Positions 11,701 to 24,469 are shown, counted from the first letter of the whole stretch. The stretch: DNA of 60,344 nt, filler included, from Sphacelaria rigidula (GCA_964200075.2; 4 parts of 4 records of this genome joined end to end with filler, not necessarily neighbours in it), one strand, 5' to 3'. Notes: a model not told the origin generated them from the sequence alone. Program-made: numbers and translations.

Positions 11701-14515
11701 CTCAGGGAAAAAAAAGCGATGCCCCCGGAGGCCAAAAGGCAAACGCGCTGGTGGAGTGCACGAGAAAAAAGTTTAAACTGACAAATATCAGTCGAAGGGC
11801 CGGTCGGCTGTCGCCAATATTTCAAGGGCTGGTCGGGTAGTCTGTATTTTCGAATACTCGGGTAAAATACCCGGGTATTTGCTCTACCCAAGGTTTGGGT
11901 AGATTGAGTACGACCTTGAATACGTCACCCAAATTTAGGTAAAGTACTCTCAGCAACACCTGGGTATAAATGATCACTTGGGTATGACCTCAATAATACT
12001 CTACCCGAAATTTGGGTGAGTTGGGTACGATCTAAAATACTCTACCCAATATTTGGATAAATTTGGGCGATTTCAATACCCCACCCAAAAAATTGGGTAC
12101 GGCCTTATCTTAGCACATCATATTTCGATAGAAATAAAAATGCGGTGGAATTAGTTTTAGCGCATTCGACAATTTCTCGCGAGTCGGGTCCAAGCGAATT
12201 CGCAAGCTTTCGATTGAAAAAATACGGTGGAATTCGTGGAGCGGTATGTGTTCGCTCGTCTACAGTACACAGTACTGATGGTGCTGTCTGCGCTGCGTGG
12301 ATACAGTGTGCGTGAGTGTGTCTGTGCGTCCGTGTTTCGCACAGTAGGATGTGAAAGAGGGGCGGACAAGGTGCAATGCAGATAGCGCAGGACTATCTGT
12401 AGTCTCTGCTTATTACTGTGCGACGTGAAAATGACTTGAACAGCGTGCAGCTTTGTACTGCCCATACGCTCTCCATGAGTGTACGCAAGTTGGTCGTCCA
12501 CCCTTCCACGTAGTACCGTTGCCGACCCCTACCACGAAAAAAGATGCTCAAGGTTTTGCCAACATAGAATGAACACATCATAGGAAACCACTACAGTGTG
12601 TCAATCCCTGCGCCCAAGTCGTGCTCTATGCCGCAGGGTTTGCGGAAGTAGCTGAAAATGAGTTCTGTGGGCTTGCATGCTTCTGTGAAGAGGGTGGTGT
12701 CTGGCGTGGTGGTCTGCAAGATAGGAGTCAAGTGCCCCTTCGGGTAGGGTAGGTTATTTTGACTACTTGGGTAAAATACCTGGGTTTTTACCCTACCCAA
12801 GGTTTGGGTAGATTGGGTACGACCTCAAATACTCTACCAAAATTTTGCTAAAATATTTTCAGCAATAACTGGGTATAGAGTACCACTTGGGTATGACCTC
12901 AATACTCCACCGAAATGTTTGGGTGCCAAGAGTATGAATTTTCAAAATATGGAGTATTAGGTATACCGTATCCGACCTGCCTTTGCAGTATTTGGTAGTA
13001 TAACAGCCAAGATTTATTCATATAATGACCTTCAGTCGCCTGGGCTGTGCTTCATGGATAAACTCAGGGTAAGATATATGTTCAACAAATCCGGTAAGTA
13101 GGTGTTCACCTTGAGTGCGCGTTTTTTTCAAGTGCCAGATGGTCATGAGCATTGGGATGGTGTGCATGTGACGATGGGGGGGGCGGCGGGCGGGGGGACG
13201 GTTCAAGCGGTAAAAAATGGCCAGCGTTATACTTGGGTATGCGATGTGACATAAATTTCGTCGCTCAGAAACGTGATTGTTCGAAACAGGGGTCTAGAAA
13301 AGTGCCAAGGCCTGGCTACTAGTAGATAGGGCTCAAAATCTGAATATGTACCGTCCTCCTTGCCTGCATTTTTCTGAGTGTACGGGCCAACTCCCCCTTC
13401 CGGCAGATGAGGTGCATGCCAGGAAAGTGGTTGATCTTTTGAAACCCTTGGATTTTGATGACCCTCTGTGAACACCCGCAACATGTAACCAAGAGGCGCG
13501 GGGGAGGGGGGGACCGGGGGAACAAATACTCGTTCGGTGTTAGAATCGGTAGCGCATACATTTTGATACGTACTGCGTGGTGTTCACCGCAATGGTATCG
13601 ACTGCACAAGCGGCTACTGCACACTTGTTTTCTATTGGCACGGTGATGCGCATAAGGTGTTGGTCACCCAAAGCACAGCTATGGAGTTCACTCTAATCAA
13701 AGTTCGCCAACTGCACTATTGATAATCTTTCTCTCGGCAGGGCAAACGGTGACAAACTTCAACCGCCTTGTGATAGAGGCATGCGGTGAACCTCAGCGGA
13801 GTTCTATTCGAATGAGCTACACTTGTGTCCCCTTAACAATGAGATAGCACACTTGTCATGCCAAACACCTGAACCGGTGTTGTTCAGTCCCTCAGGGTAC
13901 CTGTGAGGATGTTCGCGGCCCGTCAGACTATAGGTACCACCCGCATTCGGAATCTTCCATCAAGCGCGCGGCGTTGGCCGCTATTTCCAGCTAATTACAG
14001 TATCGTGCGAGCAAATTTGGGTTGGCCGATCAGAGCACTCCACGGCGAAGACATCGTGTCCAGTGAAGAAGAGTAATGATCACCTTGAGCGAAACCGAGG
14101 TATCTGTCCAGAACAGATCCCACTCTGGTCTATCCACCGCCCCCGTCCCCTCGCCGTTGGTGCCGGTGGAGTGCTTTGACACGGACCATCCCATGCGCTC
14201 CGCGCATTCCTTCACCAGGTTGTACTTACACTGCTTCGGCAGCAACAGGGGGGGCGGAACATACGCATCACTGGAGTGCAACAGCTCGCATATTTCGGCC
14301 CAACGATGCGAAGAAGATCGAGATACTTGCTTGCAGCCGGCAACCACGACCCTCTTGGAGAAGAGGCGAGACGGTGTGTGGTCGGGCGTCGCAAGAGCTT
14401 CTCGGAATATGTTACTGTCGTTATCTGGGACATGGTTCCGTGCATGAGACGGCGGCGGCTTCGATGCATGGGGATCCCAATCTTCCCCCAGCGTTTGACG
14501 AACGTTTCTCAACAT
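2714..14515 (-). CDS. TTLL6: Tubulin polyglutamylase, TTLL6/TTLL13-like (~1300 aa). Exons: 14515-14327, 14230-14084, 13465-13364, 11648-11577, 10098-9937, 8556-8380, 7947-7323, 6073-5917, 5647-5479, 4816-2714
   Basis: Phase-consistent exons give the TTL motifs in order: [147 protein letters not shown] long low-complexity tail follows. The true start, intron 1 and the TTLL6 vs TTLL13/7 assignment are less certain. Confidence 0.9.
8761..9432. mobile_element. Intronic composite non-autonomous element containing a foldback MITE (arms ~8905-9075 and ~9120-9280)
   Basis: Outer ends CGTGTGGG...CCCACACG with short AGATGGRCATCC-like subrepeats. The inner ~170-bp inverted arms are homologous to the MITE at 41414-41809. 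Confidence 0.65.
9490..9772. mobile_element. Short MITE with TIRs TTTCGTGAGATTGAGAGTAG / CTACTCTAAATCTCACGAAA
   Basis: ~20-bp terminal inverted repeats. Both halves recur, inverted, as the ends of the ~2-kb element at 40177-42224. Confidence 0.7.
10215..10521 (+). repeat. Dispersed ~310-bp repeat family R1, copy 1 (TTLL intron)
   Basis: Clearly homologous to 15928-16232, 30493-30787, 38841-39145 and to 3' fragments at 30224-30296 and 45335-45396. Shared 3' end GGGATGCGAGGTCAATGGTCTT.TGACTATGGCATGCAAGATCATGAGTACACCC. Confidence 0.9.
11824..12105. mobile_element. Intronic MITE-like repeat with TACCC/GGGTA subrepeats, copy 1
   Basis: Aligns over ~180 bp with 12741-12983 (GGGTAAAATACC.GGGT...CTACCCAAGGTTTGGGTAGATTG.GTACGACC). 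AAGGGCTGGTCGGGTA here is the approximate inverse of TATCCGACCTGCCTTT at the end of copy 2. Confidence 0.6.
12741..12983. mobile_element. Intronic MITE-like repeat with TACCC/GGGTA subrepeats, copy 2
   Basis: Direct-orientation homologue of 11824-12105 in the same TTLL intron. Confidence 0.6.
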
Positions 14516-15012
14516 CGCTATTTTTTTGTTTGGCTCATGCCTTTTGTCTCACACCTCAGATAGGTTGACGCATACCGCCGTAGTAGCGCTCCGTTGTTTG
14601 CGGCGGCGCGGGTCCGATACCACTCCCATTGCGTCGAGCGGACAAATAGGCGAGAGCCACTTCTTACTAGCAGTTTATGTGGAGCAACGGAGGAGATTCT
14701 AAGCCGAACGCCTGAATAAAGCAAGCGCGATTAGAGACGGCGAAATGGAGCAAGATGGGTGCAACAAGATGGTTGAAATGAGGTTGTGTTATGGCTGCAA
14801 CTACACGGATTGGCAGTAGGGAAGATACGCGTGTTGCCGACTGATGTGTGCAATATCCTTCTTGTTTCCATCCGTGCCACAGCCAGAGCGAAACCAGTTT
14901 TACTATTTCTCATTGGAGAAAGAACAAGGTAATTTGGCGACCGGGGGGGAGGGGGGCGTACTCATTTGTTGCTTGCCTTAGTCGTTCGACCATTGACCAC
15001 GCATCCCTTTCG

Positions 15013-15112
15013 NNNNNNNNNNNNNNNNNNNNNNNNNNNNNNNNNNNNNNNNNNNNTTAATTAATTAANNNNNNNNNNNNNNNNNNNNNNNNNNNNNNNN
15101 NNNNNNNNNNNN
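15013..15112. other. Artificial contig-joining linker (44N-TTAATTAATTAA-44N)
   Basis: Exactly 100 nt; the core has stops in all six frames; identical linkers at 30124-30223 and 45235-45334. Confidence 0.97.
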
Positions 15113-15892
15113 GGGACGTGGGCTCTGGTGTGCGGCGGGTAGAAGCTTCGTGCCCGATAATTTTCTCTCGACGGACCCTTGCGTGAGTACAAAATTTGAA
15201 ATTGTTTTTTTTGCGGATTCGACTCTTGAGCGGTTCGCGATCTGTACGCTCTTTTTTGCCAACCCCACCTGCAACAGGGCCGCGCCACTGAAGAGTCGCG
15301 CCCCATGAAATGACAGGTGGGACACAACAACAACATATTCACATGATTTGTATCATATTAACATAAGGCGGAGAATATGTACGCATGATCTGCGCTGCAG
15401 AAATGAATAATGGGAATTATATACACTTCATTCATCTTGCATGACTAGAAGAAAGGGAACATGTACGTATGATTCATGCCGCATGAATGGAAACTGGGAA
15501 ACGTGTGTGCTTGATTCACCTCGTATGAAAGGAGGGTGGGGAATATGTACGTCTGATTCGTCGCTGCATGAACAGAAATAGGGAAACGTGTACACTTGGT
15601 TCACCTTGTATGAATGGGAGGTGGAGAACGTGTGCCATGATTCATGCTGAATGAATGGAAATCGGGAAACATGTACCTATGATCCACGCCATGCGAATTA
15701 AGGTTAGGAAACATTTATCATTGACGGTGTATCGCACGAACCACGAACTGCGAATGTGTACACTTCAAGCGGTGTCGTACAAACAACGAACCCCAACCGC
15801 ATGTACAAATCACGTCTTGTGTACGAATCATATTAGTGGTTAGTCCAAATGTTGAACATGAGTCGAGTCATGATTTTATCCGTCCGAACCGT
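15113..15892 (+). mobile_element. Non-autonomous element R2 with an internal ~42-bp minisatellite (~15330-15720)
   Basis: An inverted homologous copy lies at ~23437-24140, including the unique flanks on both sides of the tandem array. ATGAA anchors at 15483, 15525, 15568, 15610 and 15651. Confidence 0.75.
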
Positions 15893-15927
15893 GAAATAAT
15901 CACCTCGGCCCACCCCCTACAAAAAAA

Positions 15928-16232
15928 TGGTGAGATACCCATGAGGCAGTTATGAGCCACGGCTGCCTCTAGTTGTGGTGATACCAGAAAATAAAGCAAC
16001 TCATCGAAGGCTGCCATCCAAATGCAAGATAATCTGTACGCTTCGGGCGAAATATTCTTCGCAAGATGCAGCTCATCCTTCATAGAACTCGCCGAGCTCA
16101 CCACGGTACTTCGCGCTTGGTGATTGATTGCGAGTCTGGTCCAGCGAAAACCCGGTGTGCTCCGTCCCGGCTCTGTAGCGATGCGAGGTCAATGATCTTA
16201 TGACTATGGCATACAAGATCATGAGTACACCC
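15928..16232 (+). repeat. R1 repeat, copy 2
   Basis: Full-length homology with 10215-10521. Confidence 0.9.
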
Positions 16233-16946
16233 TATAAAAGGATAGGCATTGGTGGCCGCTGGTATATGCCATCCGCTTCGTAAAGCATCTCGAAATGATG
16301 GTACGATATGCATAGGTTCAAGATCGTGGGTACAGAACAAAGTCCGATAGTGACCGCATGTGGTGTCACTATCGTGGTGGGCAGTGCGCGTAATCTCAAG
16401 TCCTCGAGGCGTAGCGTACATGTAGCACACCACCATGTACAGGCTGTGCGTTGGGTCGATCGTAATGTTGGGAACTATACTTTCGGAGGCATGCCTGCAC
16501 AGCGCTAGTGCGGCGTGTGATTTCGATGGAAATGCTCGCATCTGTGCCGACGGTATGAAAAATATTTCGCTCGAACTCGATAAAAATTCGAGTTGGCAGG
16601 CGTATTTGCAGAGTATTCAATTTGTTTTGGCGTTCCAGTTCAGGAGACACAATCGGGTACAACAAAAAAGCAGGCAAAACTATCAGACAGGCATACACCT
16701 AGTTACCATGACAAACATACATCGCCATGCACCTCACCCACAAGGCACCCATTTCGGCAAACTAGCTCGCAGGCCTCCTGCACAGCTCGACCGTGGTACT
16801 AATCTGTCCCATGTACCCCAAGTAGAGTATGTGCCCCGAGTAGAGTACCTGTATCATACTTTAATGCAGGGCACTCTGACGAAAGCGCATGGCCCTGTAC
16901 AGAGTACAGTTAGGAGTTAGAAGGCATTAGGGTACTTTACACAAGC

Positions 16947-19906
16947 CTATCCACGGTGCTGTCGCGACCTGTCAGCACGAATACATTCAATCAAACGCTC
17001 CCGCGCCACCCGCCTAGCTTCCGACACAGAATCAGGAGTGATGTCATTTGCCGACACTTCACCAAGACCATCATCGTCCCTACCACCACCATGTCTATTG
17101 CCGCTGTCACCACTACCACCTTTGCCACGAACATCAACACCCTGGGGGAATTCACTCTTAACTCCCGGCGGTGCTTTTCTTTTCCGTTGTTTTTCACTTT
17201 CATCTTGCCGTGCATCACCCTCCTCTACTGCCGAATGCAGCACACATCCGCTTGATGTGTTCGTCGCTGGTGGGTACGGTGTGATTGTTGGTGTTGCCGC
17301 TGCTGTCGACGGGTTATTGTTGCTCCTGCTGCTGCTGGCCACGTCTACCGGGCTTTCCTTCCGCGAGGCTAGGCGCTCGGCGACCAGCACGGTGTACATA
17401 CCGCAGTCGTATCCGTTTTTCTGCTGAGGGGCGTCGTTCACGTGATCCACTGTCACGGTCATCGTTTGATTCTTCGCGCATTCACCTGCTTTTTCTCAGG
17501 AAACGAAGAACACCACAGGGGGAACAGGTTGGAAATGCGAAGATACCAGGGAAGGAAAGGGAAAGGGCATGTAGGCACGCAAAAGGCGAAGAGTCAATCG
17601 AGGTTGACTAAGACACAAGGGCGAATTTTGAACGGTGCTCCGCACGGAGGTCAGCCATGTAGACGTGCGAACACTTGAAACAGAGAAGTGAAAATGCGAA
17701 GGAGATGAGAAGTGAGGATATAACTAGAAACAGCGCACGAATTAGTTGTCAAGACATTCAGTCAATCAGAAAGGGCTGCAAAAATTCAGCACGCCACGAG
17801 TGCTGGACGAGTAAGAAAACACGACGTTCGAATCCAAGTACATACAAACAGAGAAACAAACTCACTCCCCAACAGCGCTGGTACCCACTCCTATAATCTG
17901 TCTTGTCTACAGCGGCGCTTTTAAACAAGCACGATCATAGCCTATCGGATGCACAAATATAATAGCGAATAACATACCCTGTAGAACTGCATTTGCAAAA
18001 ACGTTGTAGGGTGTGCAGGTAGTGCTGATACAACCACATGGTGACCGAACGATTTTTTTCTTCCACTAATCACACAGAACGTCTCACCTTGTAACATGCG
18101 CACGAATTGCGCTGCCGTCTGCTCTGCAGCTTCCCTGTTGTGACCCCTGGATGAGTCAAAGTGACGGAAACGGACGGAGTTTTCCCTGCTCTCTATTTCC
18201 GCCTCGTACACCAGCAAGCTCCTGTCCGAACAAGGACAGTACCGTGCAAAAGTCCCACCACAAAATGACTGCATTTGATGTGGCAAACCGTGAGAATACA
18301 AAATTGTGGAGCACGAAGCAGTAAGCAGCAGGATAACGCAGGAGGTCGTGTGAAAAATGCCATCTCTACACAAAAAGATTGAACGTCGGAGAATCGCAGT
18401 CAAGTTCGAAATTTCCAATTGCCACGCCAAAGTTCCACTCAAGCATCAAAAACGTATTTTCCTCGTGGGAGGTGAAAAATATTGAACAAAGTACAGTAGC
18501 ATAGGCGAGGGTATTCATGGCCAGTGAAGTACAAAAAAAACAAGATCAGCAACGTGGAGACGAACTACTTGTGTGTCTGTTTTGGACTGCGGTAACGAAT
18601 TTCATCACCAGGATTCTTCTACAAACAAGATCCCATGGCGTAAAGGCCGACCGACAACGGCGATAATTCCTACAAACTCCCCGTGTGAGCGTTGTTGACA
18701 TCGATAATCGTCCAATTTCATGATTTTTCAAGCGAGTGGGAATCTACATTAATGTTTCGTTGTTCGAGCTATAGCGATTGCATCAACTTCGTCTTTTTCG
18801 CCGAATTGTACGGAGTTAAAGGCAAAACACAATTGTTTGTCCGTACGCCTTTTTGCTGTCACACCAGTGGGTTCCGCGAGATAAGCGGCCTTCCGCGTTG
18901 TTGATGGGTACGAACACCATGCGTCGGCTACTCAGGCCGATGCCTCGTCCGAGATCCGCCAGCTCCTCGGCATCTGCACACCGAATGCAAAAAGCACAAT
19001 AAAATAAACAACGGCACCCGAGAGAAGATGCCCGAGTACGGGAATTCCGTCGGAAATTCCATCACATGTCGATATAGTGATAATCGACGGAGGAGTAATC
19101 TTTCCGCCAAAACTACAACAAGAGAGAGTCCACAGGAATCTACAAGAGGATAGTTCTGCCGGGTGTTGGTTTGGTTTCGCTCGAAGGAAAGCCACCAAAA
19201 CTCTACCGTGCCTTATCGGCCGGCAAAATGTCTCGAAAGTGTGCCGTGCCTCCTATACTACCCACCTTCACATTGGTGTATCATGCATGACACCACGGCG
19301 GGATCCATGAACAAGATGTCATCTCTGCCTTGATATACCTCGTGCTCCAAGTGCCTGCCGCGTATATGAAAACCCGGAACACGTTATGTGCTGTCCAAGA
19401 TGATACGCACACCGTTATGAGAGCCACGAGTCGCACTGGGTTTGTCGAACGCGCTGCACTCCCCAAGGTGATGTGCCCAGTAGAAACGATACGCCGAACG
19501 TACGACAGAGACCGAACTGAGCCACTGGGAAAACGCCACACAAAACTCTCCACACTGCCGTAGCTGATGTCGACCGTGTCATTGTCAGTGCTGCTTTCAT
19601 CAAAAGGCACGGAGTCCCGGTGTATGTTCATGCGCTGCGGATATGTCCAACACGGGTGAGCAGGAGTCCGTGTCTTGACCGTACCATGTAGTTATCGAAC
19701 ACAAGGCGCTGCATACCATCGGAAAATATTCCTCCTTCCCTTATTTGCACTGGCTATCAATGACTACCCTCCAGCCCCTGCATAGAACTTGTTTCTTACC
19801 TAAAGAACCAGTTGATGCAGTTGTCGTTTAGCCAGCCGTGTTGTCCGAATAATTCCACGTCCGTGTCATACACCACGGCGTCATGGAAATTTAGCACTTG
19901 TGACAT
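16947..19906 (-). CDS. SENP8: SENP8/NEDP1/DEN1 NEDD8-specific cysteine protease (Ulp1/C48 family), 325 aa. Exons: 19906-19800, 19354-19266, 18973-18865, 18221-18088, 17485-16947
   Basis: All introns are GT-AG with consistent phases. Protein: MSQVLNFHDAVVYDTDVELF..GWLNDNCINWFF...ILFMDPAVV...VFVPINN...GTHWSLLVY...FRHFDSSRGHN...PQQKNGYDCGMY...ITPDSVSEAR. The His/Asp/Cys triad and oxyanion Gln are present. Confidence 0.92.
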
Positions 19907-21947
19907 TCTACCGTTCTGCCACCGATGTTCGCCGCTCAGAAGCTCGACAGGTGGACTCGCGGGCTGTGCTGTGCAGTCCTCGTTTGTCTATCCACGCTCT
20001 TGACAAAGCTTGAAAATGAGTCAATGGTCTGTGCTTTGCGGTTTTGGAGCGCTTCGGCGCGTTTGCTTGGAAGGTTGTGGGTGCAGAGACGCAAAGTGAC
20101 TTGTGGCTCTTGTTCGTGTAGCGATTTGCCTGCGCTGGACGCTTGTAGGTCGTTTCTGTCGCATGCGTGAAGCAGGAATTACCCACGAATGAGGGACTTT
20201 GAAGTGAGAAGCGCAAATAGCACACAGTACGTACAAGAGCAGCGAATTTGTTCCGTTTCGTGGGTCTTCGCACACTCGGCACTCGAATCTCGGCTCGACG
20301 GCGGCTCACCATCGTTGGGTGTAGTCGTGAAGTCTTGACTGCCCAGATTGCAGACTTTACGTTGCGATAGCACACATAACGTATCCTGATTTCAATACAG
20401 CCGCTGCTGCAAGGTGCAGCTGGGTGGGGTAGTAGCACGGGAAGGGATACCCCTGTCATATCCTATCGGTTGCTGACTTCTTTAATTGGCTTGCAACTTC
20501 AGCGATGCCTCCTAGCTATACTTCATGTCGATGTTTCGTTTTTGCGTTACTTGTCTTTTTTCTCCCTTTTCTCTTGTTACTGTCTTTCTTGCTTCTCGCC
20601 CTGTGTTTTTGTTCTCGTCTTTCTTTCATGGTTTCCTTACCCGAAGCCATGCGGGGCCCGCCGCGGATTCTCTCAGGAAACCGATACTAGTTTACATCCT
20701 ACCTGAAGCGGTTTTATCGTTCTCCTCTTTTCCTTTCCTTTTCTCACGTTTTCCGTTTGGTTCCCTCTTTTCTTCCCACTCTTTTCTCCGATCGTTCTCT
20801 TTATCTCCCTCCCATCTCTCCCCTTTGTCAACTTTCCTCAAGTATTTTCTGTTTATTCGCCTTGGGTACGTCCACCTTGTGGCCGCCGTTGCACCCCTGG
20901 CAGATTGATTAAGGCATGGAAAATCATCCATCGAAGTGTTCTCGGCTCGGTCGGTTCTTGTGAGCGGATAACACTTCATTTCTTTTTCTTTTTCTCGGAA
21001 TCATGATGTGGCGTATATGTTCACATCTCCGCATACAAGACCCATGTCGCCGCATCAGTCGACACACGGTAACACACTCGCACGCACTGGCGAGTCCAGC
21101 CGCGGATAGCAATTTGAGCAGACTCTGTTGCACAATGCACCGAGAGATCAGTGCTGGGGCGCGTCGACTGGTCAGAGTTGGGGCAATCTGCAGCCGTGGA
21201 TATGAAAGAATGGGCGACCACGTAGCCATTTTCCACCATTGCCACCTTTCATCCATAGGGAAGCGCTACACCAATTCCAACGAAAACTATCCTCTTCAAA
21301 TGAGGTTAAAAACCATTAGGTGGTTTTTTATACCGGCAGAGCGAGGGTCACAGTTCACCCCATCTCTTTTCCATCGACCCAACACATAGAGGAGTGCGTT
21401 CGTAACAACAGAGTCTGCTTCGATTTACTGCTCTGTGGCTCGAGTTGCCAACGAGTGTAGTTGAGAACTGGTGTTTTCGACCAAATTGCGGCTGTAAGAT
21501 ATCTAAGCTAGATTGCCCTGTGCCCATGGCGCTCCAATTCCGATTTATTTGGGTGTTTGTGACGTTGCGGTCTCGGATTTCGGCGGTGAAACCGCAGTGG
21601 TCTCGGGTGGGCCCTTCTACTCTAAAATGAAGGTCTGCCGCACGCACCAGGAGTATGACGATGTGTTGTTAAACGGAAGCGTAGAGTTGTATTGAAGCAT
21701 AAATCGTGTTCGTGTTATCGCCGTCGCCCTACGTTCGCGAGGGCCCGCAGCCAGCCGGCGCTGAGACGCGAGCCGTTTCCCGGCAAATTCCCGCTAGGTT
21801 GTCCTGGACCGGTCCCGGCCACCACCATTCCTGTTTTGAAGTACACGTACACGACTTGCTCCCCAGTATGCCATAGACTACAAGTTGCAAACTGCTGTCT
21901 CTCGGGCAGACAGGAGATAGTGTCAAGCGTCAAGTAGCCGCACACTG

Positions 21948-22650
21948 TGCCGAGGGGTCCCATATCGGGAAATGACCGCACCACCACCCCCCAGGTCGCC
22001 CAAACCTCATTCTGGGGCCGTAGGAGGAAAGGGAGGGACTGGGACTGGGACTGGGTACCCTATTTGAGGGGGGGAGGGTAGCCCTTGATCGATGGATGAT
22101 GGCGATAGTGGTTGCTGCGTGTATGCGCATCGGTCTTCAGAGCATAGATCTATGTGCAAGTACGGTACATAAAATATACTGATTGCTGCTGTTCTCGACA
22201 CTGCGTGCCAACCGCAGCGTGACGCGTTCGGCGGTACAACCTGCTCTCTTCACAGCGGCAGGGTGCAGGGCGACAAAGCACACCGCAGGACGTGACATCC
22301 TTAGCCTATCTCTGCCTGCATTGATTTCGCGTTGCCCTATGTAGTTCGTCACATCATGAGTGTAGCCGCTTGTATCGCGGCCAACGTGTACGCAGGATAT
22401 CACCCCTCGCTACGCGCTATATTGCTACGTCACATTTTGTAAAGATGTTCGTGTTGCAGCTACAGTGTGCGTTTGCCCCGGGTGGCGCACGCAGGAGTGA
22501 AAGGCCGCCTCCACCGCTGTGAGGCTGCCTGTATCTTGGGCGAAGCTGTATGGTAAGACAGCCGTGGCTGGTGCGCAAACATATACCGAAAGGTGGAGAC
22601 CGGCGTTCAGGATAGATGGGACGACACCACACACAACACACACAACACAC
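21948..22650 (+). mobile_element. ~700-bp non-LTR-type insertion (5'-truncated LINE 3' UTR or SINE) with a CA-rich tail
   Basis: The last ~85 nt (GGCTGGTGCGC..ATATACCGAA.GGTG.AGACCGGCGT.CAG.A.AGATGGGACGACA + CA/CAA tail) match the SINE tail at ~59918-60002. Candidate TSD CACACTG at 21941-21947 and 22646-22652. The 5' boundary is tentative. Confidence 0.5.
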
Positions 22651-23436
22651 TGACTGTGCACAGTACACTTTCAACATCGTGTATGTATTGACTGTAGAAA
22701 TATTTCGTCCACGGTTGGGTACATTCCCATATATAATGCAGGGTCTGGTACATCTCCACTTAAAATGTAATAGAGGGCCTGGTACATTTCCACATGTAAA
22801 TGTATATAATATTACTCAGTGATATCGTGAATAAAACCCGCAACATCTGGGCGAACTGCAGGTGAGCCAATCGCCGAAAAATTCATCTGCAAACTCTGCT
22901 ACAGTGCACTGTAAGTTGAGATCGCTAGAAGGACACCACCATAACCACCTTGCCGGCTGCCGGACTGTCAGTAAGTAGGATCCGCTAGCATTGCTACTGT
23001 CTGTACGGGTATGTTGCCCCCTTGTCGGGCACGTTTTGGAGCATGATACTACTAGATGTAGATCATCCTTGTACATGGGCACCAAACGCTGGGCGTTCTC
23101 ATTCAAGAAGTCGATTTAGTCGATGATACTAGGTAGGCAGCAGCAACTGCCGTGTGTCTAGATGCACCTTGGAGTAAGATGCGTTTGGTTTCTGTTTGAC
23201 AAAGTTATCCCCAGAAAACCGAGATCGACAGGTGTTTCAGAGTGGAAAAATCTAGCGAAAAAATGTCGCAAAAGTCGAGTCGCAAAAATGGAGTCGCAAA
23301 AAACCGGTTTGTCGAATTTTTACCAGCAGCAGAAACCATATTCACTTTGTGAATTTGAAAAAGTTCCATAAGGCAGCCATGCCTCAGTGGTCTATGAGGT
23401 ACATCCATACTCGGAGGCAGTTAGGGCGAAGGTTGT

Positions 23437-24140
23437 ACGATTCGGACGAATAAAACCGTGATTCGACTCATGTTCAACATATGCACAAATCAATCATATG
23501 GTTCGTACACAAGATGTGATTTGTACATGTTTTGGGTTCGTGATTCGCACGACACCGCCTTGAGTGTACACAATCTCACTTCGTGATCCGTGCGGTACAC
23601 CGTCAAAGGTACACGTGTCCTACCCTCCATTCGTATGGTGTGAATCATATGTACATGTCTCTCAGTATCCATTCATTCAGCATGAATCATGGGCACACAT
23701 ACTCCACCTTTCATTTATACGAGGGGAATGAAGCGTACGTACTTCCCAATTTCAGTTCATGCAGCATGAATCATACGTACATGTCCCCCACCTTTCTTTC
23801 ACACGAGATGACTCAAGCGTACATGTTTCCCCATTTCCATCCATACGGCATGGATCATACGTGCATGTTCCCCACCTTCCATCGATACAAGATGAATGTA
23901 GTGTGTATGCTCCCCATTTTTCATTTCTGCAGCGCGAATCATGCATACGTGTTCTCCACCTTCTGTTCATATGATATAATACATGTGGACATGTTGTTTC
24001 CCAAAAGTCATTCGATGGGGCGCGGCTCTTCGGTGGCGCGGCCCTGTTACAGGTGGGGAAGGCTAAGAAGAGCGTACACGTCGCGAACCCCTCTAGAGCC
24101 GAATCCGCAAGAAACCCAATTTCAAATTTTGTACTCACAC
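23437..24140 (-). mobile_element. R2 element, inverted copy with the 42-bp minisatellite
   Basis: Reverse-complement homology to 15180-15892. The 14-aa periodic ORF at 23583-24161 is a by-product of the array. Confidence 0.75.
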
Positions 24141-24469
24141 AGAACACATCAACTACGGTAGTACAACACACGCGTCTGAGTACACGGAGCGGTTTTTCTA
24201 TGGTAGCCACTTTCCCCCCGGAGCTATGCTATTGATAGCCTTTGCGCGTTCATGTCGTGTTCTGTGGTACAGTTGACCTGATCATACTGTGTACAATACC
24301 ACGAGCACTTGCGAAGAACACAGCACCAACAGGAGTTATCCTCGCATGCTCGCGGGAGTTTTCGGGGAAACTCCGGCAGCGCACGCCGCCGTGCGCGGAC
24401 AGTACGGCACAGCATGGCACAACACCCATCGTCGCGCCTAGAGTGATTCTTCTGGCTGTTTATTTTCCC

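Noticed and set aside
14232..14246. TGCTTCGGCAGCA, resembling the U6 snRNA 5' stem
   Set aside because: There is no downstream U6 sequence (ACAGAGA box), and it coincides with the TTLL splice acceptor on the opposite strand.
15330..15720. CRISPR-like periodicity (42-bp units; also 73-bp units at 40538-40740)
   Set aside because: The units are degenerate along their whole length, with no constant repeat/unique spacer pattern and no cas genes. The context is eukaryotic.
14515..16947. Apparent TTLL-SENP8 tandem cluster of protein-modification genes
   Set aside because: The genes lie on different contigs separated by an artificial linker.
20958..20973. 16-nt exact match to the lac operator core (TTGTGAGCGGATAACA)
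   Set aside because: The flanks do not continue as lac/pUC sequence and it is mid-contig. Best explained as chance rather than vector or a regulatory site.
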